Positions 6,031 through 11,459 of a DNA stretch of 12,309 bases are shown here, one piece after another. Made by a program: the position numbers and the translations under genes. The notes beneath the pieces are model-generated. The model did no database searches. It was not told the origin of the DNA and saw only the letters and a program-made list of their open reading frames with translations. The number at the start of each line of letters is the position of its first letter. The first letter of the stretch is position 1. The stretch lies in assembly GCA_947176425.1 (NCBI GenBank), contig CAMWQV010000019.1, forward strand, positions 1 through 12,309, given 5' to 3'. The stretch is from an uncultured Clostridia bacterium. Its GTDB lineage: Bacteria > Bacillota > Clostridia > Oscillospirales > Oscillospiraceae.

Positions 6031-6127
6031 GAAGCTAACTCGTGAAGGGTGAAAGCTGGGTTCCCGAATGGGAGTAGGTGTTTGCACCAAGAATCCCAAG
6101 CTCCTGGGGTTAGCTTCTCTTTTTCTT
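6031..6127 (+). ncRNA. Candidate roughly 90-nt structured small RNA (promoter-proximal, closed by a 9-bp helix and a U-tract)
   Basis: GAAGCTAAC (6031-6039) pairs perfectly with GTTAGCTTC (6108-6116) and is followed by TCTTTTTCTTT. Inner helices are GCTGGG/CCCAAGC (6055-6060 / 6095-6101, one bulge), TCCC/GGGA (6062-6065 / 6070-6073) and GGTG/CACC (6077-6080 / 6085-6088). The 3' arm overlaps the stop codon of the opposite-strand gene. Confidence 0.35.
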
Positions 6128-7108
6128 TAAATGATCTTTGAGGCATTGAATAATGTTTTCAGGGTCTTTTTTTATTTCTTCAACAATGAAATCAATAGCC
6201 TGCGCAGAATAGCTATATGTTGGTGCGGCGTTAATTCTGTACGTGAAGCAAAGTTTTGCGTTTGACTTTATATCATAGTACCGAACGAAAAGATTGAAAT
6301 GGTACGAATTGAATACAGCAGGGTTTCCCTGATAGAGCAATTGAACTTTTGCCCGAAAGAGCCGATTGTTTATCTCTTTAATGCATTTCTTAGCAGTGTA
6401 TTTGAAAGAGTCATTTGGGTCTTTTAATTCTTTGATAATTTGAACTTTAGAATCTGCGTCTTTTGAAACGGCCAAAATTTCTGTTGCTTCACTTTTGTTT
6501 TTTGTGATGTAATGCCTGTGGTCTATACGAATGGCAAAATCACTGTTGCTTTGCGCAATCTCTGCGTTGATATTATCTGTAACAGTTAAAAATCTTTCCG
6601 CAATTTCTTTTGGATACTTTGCTCTGATTTCTGTCGCCGTTAATGTTCGTATGCTGGCGGCAAGTGTTAAGAAATTCTCTGGGACAACACAAGTCATATC
6701 AACACTGTGGAATTCCATCATTTTTTCATTGAAGTTGAATACACAAGCCTGAAAAAGAGGAATGTAAACCATCTCATATTCTTCTACGATAAAATGCGTA
6801 CTGGTATTGCGCAATTCTACAATTTTTTCTAGATTTTTTCGGATGGGTGCGTGCTCATTTGTAAAAATTGCTTTAATGCAATTTTCGAGAGAAATGGTTC
6901 TGCTTGGATTATCCCTATAATAAATTGCAGATTCGCCAGAAGTTTGGATAATTCTTGCTTTCAGCATTAACTCCCAAGCATTACAGATAAAAAAGCTGAA
7001 CCCTTCCACTCTGTAGCGGATGGAAGGTTTGTTATAGACCTCAAGCGCCATTAAGAAGGCCTCTTTAGCTTTGTCTATAAGTTTAGCCCTTAATGAAGGA
7101 TTGTCCAT
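6110..7108 (-). CDS. 332-aa protein with an HEPN-like RNxxxH motif; N-terminus resembles DUF3644 (PF12358); candidate abortive-infection/defence effector
   Basis: ORF track 6110..7108. The N-terminal helices are KAKEAFLMALEVYNKPSIRYRVEGFSFFICNAWELMLKA. ELRNTSTH (R100-x4-H105, nt 6794-6811) fits the HEPN Rx4-6H signature. The gene is AT-rich: sampled 60-nt lines give 25-38% GC, against 58% in a sampled ImmA line. Confidence 0.6.
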   Translation of the reverse strand: MDNPSLRAKLIDKAKEAFLMALEVYNKPSIRYRVEGFSFFICNAWELMLKARIIQTSGESAIYYRDNPSRTISLENCIKAIFTNEHAPIRKNLEKIVELRNTSTHFIVEEYEMVYIPLFQACVFNFNEKMMEFHSVDMTCVVPENFLTLAASIRTLTATEIRAKYPKEIAERFLTVTDNINAEIAQSNSDFAIRIDHRHYITKNKSEATEILAVSKDADSKVQIIKELKDPNDSFKYTAKKCIKEINNRLFRAKVQLLYQGNPAVFNSYHFNLFVRYYDIKSNAKLCFTYRINAAPTYSYSAQAIDFIVEEIKKDPENIIQCLKDHLKKKRS

Positions 7109-7164
7109 ATTAATCCTGCTTTCTGCTTATTTCTTTCCCTGCCCCACTTGGGGCGACGCTATAT

Positions 7165-7204
7165 CCGCTTCCGGTGTTGGTAGCACCGGGGCGGTTTTTG
7201 TTTT
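7165..7204 (+). terminator. Plus-strand intrinsic terminator with no plus-strand gene upstream
   Basis: CCGC-tt-CCGGTG (7165-7176) pairs with CACCGG-g-GCGG (7184-7194) around loop TTGGTAG. TTTTTGTTTT (7195-7204) follows immediately. The U-tract exists only in the plus orientation. Confidence 0.6.
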
Positions 7205-7207
7205 ATA

Positions 7208-7236
7208 GTGACATAGCACCTCGAAATCTATACAAT
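7208..7236 (+). promoter_or_regulatory. Promoter of the ImmA-like gene
   Basis: GTGACA (7208-7213), a 17-nt spacer, then TACAAT (7231-7236). SD GGAGGTG lies 7 nt before the ATG at 7257. Confidence 0.45.
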
Positions 7237-7256
7237 ACCCGCGGAGGTGCTTTTAT

Positions 7257-7880
7257 ATGAGCTACAAAGATTATCAAAACGCAAGAGACTCAGCCTGGAG
7301 GATTCTTTTGGACTGCGGGATCGACCGGCTCCCGGTGGACCTCAACCCAATCTGTAAACACTTAGGTGTCAGGGTTGTTCGGTACTCTAAAGCAGGCCCG
7401 CTCCTCGATCTGCCCAATTTGTCAAAAGCCATGAGGTGGTACGATGGCCTGGCGTTTTATGCAGACGAGCTGCCTGTCATCCTGTACAACGACGCTTGTT
7501 CCCCTGAGCGCATCCGGTTTACAGTCGCCCATGAGTTGGGCCACATCATTCTCGCGCATGTGAAGCCGGAGCAGGGCACGACAGCGAATCGGGAGCCACC
7601 GAAAAGAAACGATCCCATAGAAGTGGCAGCAAACCAATTTGCGGCCCGCCTTCTGGCCCCGGCCTGCGTGCTTTGGGGTATGCAGCTACATACCGCTGAG
7701 GAAATTGCCTCGGCCTGCTTTATCTCGAAACAAGCGGCAGAGTTCCGGGCAGCAAGAATGGAGGACCTGTACCGGCGGAATCGGTTTCTGACCTCACCCC
7801 TGGAGCAGGAAGTGTTTCAACGGTTTAAGCCGTTTATCAAGGAAGAGACACATCATCATCCGGTACATCGTCTGCGCTAA
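7257..7880 (+). CDS. ImmA/IrrE-family (COG2856) zinc metallopeptidase, anti-repressor protease
   Basis: ORF track 7257..7880. The HEXXH motif is in FTVAHELGHIILAH, with downstream EVAANQFAARLLAP, typical of the family. It sits adjacent to the XRE repressor. Confidence 0.9.
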   Translation: MSYKDYQNARDSAWRILLDCGIDRLPVDLNPICKHLGVRVVRYSKAGPLLDLPNLSKAMRWYDGLAFYADELPVILYNDACSPERIRFTVAHELGHIILAHVKPEQGTTANREPPKRNDPIEVAANQFAARLLAPACVLWGMQLHTAEEIASACFISKQAAEFRAARMEDLYRRNRFLTSPLEQEVFQRFKPFIKEETHHHPVHRLR

Positions 7881-8412
7881 TTCTCTCCGCCTGAACAGAA
7901 CTGTTTTTAATTGCAGCGGCCTGATGCAAGGGCCGCTGCTCTTTTTCTGCCGGCACTTCCGAAGACGGGAACGATACAAGGCGGTTTTCGCCTTCGTCAA
8001 TTTCATCCACACCTTTCGATTTGGTAGTGGCCTCAGTATCCTCCTTGAACACGCTTTTGAACTTCTCCAGTATCTGCGAGCGGACATCCTGTGGAAGGTC
8101 AAAGTAAGCCTTGGCAATGGCAAGCTCCAGGGGTGACGCTCCGCGATCTTTTGCATACTGGTCGAGGCTGAATGTGGCCGGTTCAATAAATATGGGGCCA
8201 TCGCCCCCAGTCCCATTGATAAGCCAATCTTCATCTACATGAAATTCATGGCAAATACGGTTAATGATAAGTTTGCTTGGACGGCATTTTTCTGGTTGTT
8301 TTCCCATTTTCGAGATATAAGCCGGGGTTACATCAATTTTTCGAGCAAATTCGCTCATATTTCCGCCAACTGCGTCTACAACCTTCATGATTCGTATAGC
8401 TATGGCTCCCAT
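7837..8412 (-). CDS. XRE-family HTH repressor (ImmR/CI-like, no S24 peptidase domain)
   Basis: ORF track 7837..8412, with SD AAGGAGG 8 nt upstream. The N-terminal HTH is MSEFARKIDVTPAYISKMGK...INRICHEFHVDEDWLINGTG, and the C-terminal half is acidic and low in complexity. It is divergent from a consensus early promoter that carries palindromic operators. Confidence 0.85.
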   Translation of the reverse strand: MGAIAIRIMKVVDAVGGNMSEFARKIDVTPAYISKMGKQPEKCRPSKLIINRICHEFHVDEDWLINGTGGDGPIFIEPATFSLDQYAKDRGASPLELAIAKAYFDLPQDVRSQILEKFKSVFKEDTEATTKSKGVDEIDEGENRLVSFPSSEVPAEKEQRPLHQAAAIKNSSVQAERISADDVPDDDVSLP

Positions 8413-8435
8413 AACGCTTGCCTCCTTTCACAAAC

Positions 8436-8464
8436 AGTATACATCGTGCTGACAAGTATTGCAA
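8436..8464 (-). promoter_or_regulatory. Repressor (maintenance) promoter
   Basis: The minus strand reads TTGCAA (8459-8464), a 17-nt spacer, then TATACT (8436-8441). Operator O1 lies 9 nt upstream of the -35. Confidence 0.5.
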
Positions 8465-8472
8465 GAGGGAAA

Positions 8473-8487
8473 TTCAACTCCGTTGAA
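8473..8487. promoter_or_regulatory. Operator O1: TTCAAC-TCC-GTTGAA
   Basis: A perfect 6-bp inverted half-site pair with a 3-nt spacer lies between the two divergent promoters. Confidence 0.6.
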
Positions 8488-8506
8488 AATTTTTGTAAAT
8501 CAGCCC

Positions 8507-8535
8507 TTGACACATCAACCTAGTTATAGTATAAT
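8507..8535 (+). promoter_or_regulatory. Early (lytic) promoter, perfect consensus
   Basis: TTGACA (8507-8512), exactly 17 nt, then TATAAT (8530-8535). Confidence 0.75.
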
Positions 8536-8552
8536 TTCAACAGTGTTGAAAT
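8534..8552. promoter_or_regulatory. Operator O2: 19-bp perfect palindrome ATTTCAACAGTGTTGAAAT
   Basis: It contains TTCAAC-AGT-GTTGAA and overlaps the last 2 nt of the -10 and the expected start site of the early promoter. The centre-to-centre distance to O1 is 63 bp, about six helical turns. Confidence 0.65.
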
Positions 8553-8555
8553 GCT

Positions 8556-8596
8556 GTAAGAAAACCGCTCCCTCATGAGTGACCATGAAAGAGCGG
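8556..8596 (-). terminator. Strand-specific intrinsic terminator of the 94-aa gene
   Basis: The minus RNA CCGCTCTTTCATG-gtcact-CATGAGGGAGCGG forms 13 contiguous pairs (11 Watson-Crick plus 2 G-U) and is followed by TTTTCTT. In the plus RNA the two G-U pairs become C/A mismatches and no U-tract follows. Confidence 0.75.
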
Positions 8597-8619
8597 CAGA
8601 AAGCAGACTTTCACCGAAT

Positions 8620-8904
8620 TTACGGAGTACAGACCGCCCATTGCTGGGCGGCAGGGCGATGATTCACCTCGTGATTGAAAATGAGTGCGGGGGATGTAAA
8701 GGCCGCGGAGCCGATCTCAGGAGCAAGGGCCCCCAGTTCAGCAATCTCGGAGAGATAAGCCTGATTGAGCTCGTTAGCTTCACGCAGCAGGCCGTTCATG
8801 TCGTCATCGATAGGCATCCAAATTTGTTGCTCCGCCGTATGGCGTGGGCGGGCTGTTTCCACCCGCCTCTTACGGTCACCCGTAAGTTCAGACTGTGCCT
8901 TCAT
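8620..8904 (-). CDS. Hypothetical 94-aa protein, monocistronic cassette antisense to the early transcript
   Basis: ORF track 8620..8904. It has its own promoter and terminator. Its sequence (..IWMPIDDDMNGLLREANELNQAYLSEIAELGAL..) looks more protein-like than the Cys/Arg-rich plus-strand shadow frame. The SD is weak (ACGGAG, 14 nt upstream). Confidence 0.5.
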   Translation of the reverse strand: MKAQSELTGDRKRRVETARPRHTAEQQIWMPIDDDMNGLLREANELNQAYLSEIAELGALAPEIGSAAFTSPALIFNHEVNHRPAAQQWAVCTP

Positions 8905-8979
8905 CCCAGAGGGATGCTCCGTGTCCAGTCGTTACACCTTCCCCAAATGGGGCTTGGCTCGGCGTTATCTGCCAAAAAG

Positions 8980-9008
8980 ATTCTACAAGAAATTATGACA
9001 AAGGTCAA
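8980..9008 (-). promoter_or_regulatory. Promoter of the 94-aa gene, facing the early promoter
   Basis: The minus strand reads TTGACC (9003-9008), a 17-nt spacer, then TAGAAT (8980-8985). Confidence 0.55.
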
Positions 9009-9078
9009 CAAGATTCTCGCAGTCCAACGCAAGGGAAAGCTGTCCGCCACATTAAGCAGTAGAAGGGAGGTCACTTCA

Positions 9079-9273
9079 ATGGTACATCAGACGGAAACCT
9101 TTATGCCACGTGAGGCTATGCCGGAGGCCGAAGAGCTGTTCGACGTTACGGCAATGATTCCGCAGGAAATGCAGCACGACGTGGTCAAGTTTTTGCTCGG
9201 CGTCAACTTTGGCCTGGGTTTGGCCGCCAGTAGGCAGACGGCTGATCAGATGGCGCGGCAGAGCAGCGCTTAG
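9079..9273 (+). CDS. Hypothetical 64-aa protein (first SD-led plus-strand CDS after the early promoter)
   Basis: This is an in-frame ATG at 9079 inside track ORF 8575..9273, with SD AAGGGAGG 8 nt upstream. The sequence begins MVHQTETFMPREAMPEAEELFDVTAMIPQEMQHDVVKFLLGVNFGLGLAAS. Confidence 0.55.
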   Translation: MVHQTETFMPREAMPEAEELFDVTAMIPQEMQHDVVKFLLGVNFGLGLAASRQTADQMARQSSA

Positions 9274-9311
9274 ACCCCGCCAGCGGCGGGGCTTGAGAGG
9301 AGGTGAGAGCT

Positions 9312-9479
9312 ATGGAAGTGATCATTCGCGGCGAACCCAACGAAATCGCCGCCCTCGTACTGGCAGTACAAGGGCGGCAGACGCTGGTGGAGGAAGTCGG
9401 TGCTGATTTGGCTAAGGGCATTCATCAGGAGCTCCAGGCGCGGCTGGCAGAATACCGAGCCGGTCGAGAATCTCAGTGA
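9312..9479 (+). CDS. Hypothetical 55-aa protein (MEVIIRGEPNEIAALVLAVQGRQ...)
   Basis: Hand-translated. SD GAGGAGGTGAG lies 5-6 nt upstream of the ATG at 9312, and the TGA is at 9477-9479. Its 3' end overlaps the convergent 9412..9651 gene by 68 nt. Confidence 0.5.
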   Translation: MEVIIRGEPNEIAALVLAVQGRQTLVEEVGADLAKGIHQELQARLAEYRAGRESQ

Positions 9480-9651
9480 CGATGTGGGCAGTCACGGCTG
9501 GCTGGGTCTCCACGGCCTTGGCAACCATATGACACAGCACTTCCACGCTGTGTCCCTCCCGAGCAAACACGGCGTTGAGAGATTCGGCCAGCTGTTCCCG
9601 TTCCCTAGTCACCAGTTCATCTACAAACTTGTCGTATTCGGTTCGTGTCAT
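9412..9651 (-). CDS. Hypothetical 79-aa helical protein, second minus-strand cassette
   Basis: This is track ORF 9412..9660 trimmed to the ATG at 9651, with SD GGGAGG 8 nt upstream. The sequence begins MTRTEYDKFVDELVTREREQLAESLNAVFAREGHSVEVLCHMVAKAVE. Confidence 0.5.
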   Translation of the reverse strand: MTRTEYDKFVDELVTREREQLAESLNAVFAREGHSVEVLCHMVAKAVETQPAVTAHIVTEILDRLGILPAAPGAPDECP

Positions 9652-9662
9652 TACGAACACCT

Positions 9663-9703
9663 CCCATCCCCCTCATTCTATCACATTGACGGGGATGGGG
9701 CAA
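9663..9703 (-). promoter_or_regulatory. Extended -10 promoter of the 79-aa gene, embraced by a 9-bp inverted repeat
   Basis: The minus strand reads TTGCCC (9698-9703), a 17-nt spacer, then TGaTAGAAT (-10 at 9675-9680). CCCATCCCC (9663-9671) and GGGGATGGG (9691-9699) flank the -10 and the spacer. Confidence 0.45.
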
Positions 9704-9732
9704 GACAGAGAGAGGAGGATGTGAGTCTTAAT

Positions 9733-10467
9733 ATGAACGAACTTGCAGCATATCAGCAAAGTGATCTCCCCGCTCAACCGGCAGACCTCGCGCGGTTTAT
9801 GATCGTGGCGCAGGAGAAGGTCAAGGCTGTGAAAGCTGAAATCCGGGCGATCCAAAAGTTAAAGCTAGCCAAAGAGGTCTATGCCCAAAAGATGGAGGAG
9901 CAGCGGCGGCTTCAGGAGGTGATTCTGTTGGCCTATCAGCGGATGGGCGAGATCACGCGGGAAATGCCCAAGAGTAGTGGCAACCAGTACACAAGTGCTT
10001 TTTCGCATAAGCGCGAAGAAGCACAGCCAAAGAGCAAAGCCATTCGAGAGCTCGGTTTCTCTAAGGACCAAGTCAGCCGCATGGAGCAGATGGCCGCCCA
10101 CCCTGAAATCGTGGAAGAGGTGATAGCGGAATCCCAGGCTGGGCAGACCGAGGCCACCCAGGGGGAGGTCCTGCGCCGTATCAAGGAACGGGAAAACATT
10201 ATTGACTTGGCTGACGTGCGCAAGGAACAGTTTGACCAGAACCGTGCTCAAATTGAGGCAGACGCCAAATTAGCGAGGGCCTTTGTAAAGGCCACCCATG
10301 CGCCCTTAGAACTTGCGGAGGATTTGGATTCGGTGGCCGCTGCAATCTGGCGTAATGCGGATGGGGCTGTACAGTCGGATATCGAGGACATTGATCTGGC
10401 GGTCCAGGCACTTAGTACCATCAAAACAAAACTCATAAATGGGAGGCGATTGTATGGGAGCCTCTAA
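9733..10467 (+). CDS. Hypothetical 244-aa early protein, coiled-coil N-half with a possible HTH (IRELGFSKDQVSRMEQMAAHPEIVEE)
   Basis: This is an in-frame ATG at 9733 inside track ORF 9400..10467, with SD GAGGAGG 14 nt upstream. The upstream part of the track ORF overlaps the minus-strand gene and promoter. The start is somewhat uncertain because an in-frame GTG occurs at 9721. Confidence 0.65.
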   Translation: MNELAAYQQSDLPAQPADLARFMIVAQEKVKAVKAEIRAIQKLKLAKEVYAQKMEEQRRLQEVILLAYQRMGEITREMPKSSGNQYTSAFSHKREEAQPKSKAIRELGFSKDQVSRMEQMAAHPEIVEEVIAESQAGQTEATQGEVLRRIKERENIIDLADVRKEQFDQNRAQIEADAKLARAFVKATHAPLELAEDLDSVAAAIWRNADGAVQSDIEDIDLAVQALSTIKTKLINGRRLYGSL

Positions 10468-10852
10468 ACTGATTACAAAAGAGGCGAGAGCACTCATCAT
10501 CAACGAAATTCACGACCGGGGGCAAATGAGTAAAAGCGAAATTGCGGCCCTAATTCGGCCCCACTGCTCCTTTGACCCAGTGACGTTGCAGGAACAGGCC
10601 ATTAACCGGCTTGTTGGGAGAATCTGCCGGAGCATCCGGGATGAGTCTGGGGTTCGAACAGTGTTCATCGCAAAGGGCCGAGACACGATCGTAAATGTAG
10701 AAACCAGTACCTCTATCACTCTTGTGACGGTGGTGGATGAACAGCTCAAAGCAAACATTAAGGGGCTAGCCGCGTCAGAAAAAAAGACATCCCTGCGGAA
10801 ACAGGAGCTTTCTGGACAGATGAGCTTGCTTGAGGTATCGCAATTGGAATAA
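10454..10852 (+). CDS. Hypothetical 132-aa protein
   Basis: This is the ATG at 10454 within track ORF 10439..10852, with SD GGGAGG 7 nt upstream. It overlaps the preceding stop by 14 nt, indicating coupling. No family was recognised. Confidence 0.6.
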   Translation: MGASKLITKEARALIINEIHDRGQMSKSEIAALIRPHCSFDPVTLQEQAINRLVGRICRSIRDESGVRTVFIAKGRDTIVNVETSTSITLVTVVDEQLKANIKGLAASEKKTSLRKQELSGQMSLLEVSQLE

Positions 10853-10972
10853 AAGACGCCCCATCAGGTGATGACGACACCTGACAGGGCAAGCAACCCT
10901 TAAAAAACCACAAAAAGGTCACAGTGGAATTATAACACATCCCCCTGCTGACCTGCAAGAGGAGAAATCATT

Positions 10973-11218
10973 ATGAATTTACCAGATGTGAAATATGCCA
11001 TCCCTGATGAAATCCTGGCCGATACCATCAAGACGCTGGAGTTTGCCCAGTCCCGGTATGAGCAGGAGGCCGCGGCCCTGATCGGCGCGGCCCTGATCGG
11101 CGCGGCCAGGCATGAGCAGGATGAAGTGCTCACTAGCCTGGGCAGGAAGCTGGGCCGGGAACGGCTGATGCAGTCCGACCGGGCGGCGGAGCTGGTCGCC
11201 TTCTACTTGAACCTGTAG
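10973..11218 (+). CDS. Hypothetical 81-aa protein carrying an in-frame 15-bp tandem duplication
   Basis: ORF track 10973..11218, with SD GAGGAG 8 nt upstream. Confidence 0.6.
   Translation: MNLPDVKYAIPDEILADTIKTLEFAQSRYEQEAAALIGAALIGAARHEQDEVLTSLGRKLGRERLMQSDRAAELVAFYLNL
11072..11107 (+). repeat. 15-bp tandem repeat GCGGCCCTGATCGGC, two full copies plus 6 nt
   Basis: Copies lie at 11072-11086 and 11087-11101, with a partial copy at 11102-11107. Together they encode AALIG-AALIG-AA in frame. Confidence 0.9.
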
Positions 11219-11230
11219 GAGGTGGACAGC

Positions 11231-11431
11231 ATGGCAAAGTCAAAAGGGATCACCGGCTGCACCATTTTAAATCCGCTCACCCCCTCAGCAGCGGAGATGG
11301 CAATCCGCTGGCTCACAGAGCAGAGTCTCAAGAATGCCGGTCTGGCGGCGGACATCACCACCCGGGAGAGAAAGCCAGGAGAAACCGGGACGGCGGTTCT
11401 GAAGGACAGTTCCGAGAAAAGCGCCGTTTAA
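11231..11431 (+). CDS. Hypothetical 66-aa protein
   Basis: This is the ATG at 11231 within track ORF 11222..11431, with SD AGGAGG 8 nt upstream. Confidence 0.55.
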   Translation: MAKSKGITGCTILNPLTPSAAEMAIRWLTEQSLKNAGLAADITTRERKPGETGTAVLKDSSEKSAV

Positions 11432-11459
11432 GAGCGATGCACATGACATAGAACAGAAG

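Noticed and set aside
6031-6116. Possible long-variable-arm tRNA (86 nt closed by a 9-bp helix)
   Set aside because: It has no GTTCRANYC-type T-loop, no conserved D-loop GG, no U8 or A14, and no 7-bp acceptor geometry with a discriminator or CCA context. The cloverleaf cannot be drawn, so it is kept only as a generic sRNA candidate.
8575-9078. Reading 8575..9273 as one 232-aa plus-strand protein
   Set aside because: There is no SD at 8575. The N-terminal 168 aa are Cys/Arg/Leu/Ser-rich and codon-aligned antisense to the 94-aa minus ORF, which has its own promoter and strand-specific terminator. Only the SD-led C-terminal 64 aa were retained.
9400-9732. N-terminal 111 aa of track ORF 9400..10467
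   Set aside because: This part overlaps the better-supported minus-strand gene and its promoter. It has no SD at 9400, and a clear SD precedes the ATG at 9733.
10864-10884. Hairpin TCAGGTG-atgacga-CACCTGA after the 132-aa gene, considered as a terminator and as a relative of the CACCTGA/TCAGGTG repeat at 3544-3559
   Set aside because: It is only a 7-bp stem with no U-tract. The shared heptamer is short enough to be coincidence.
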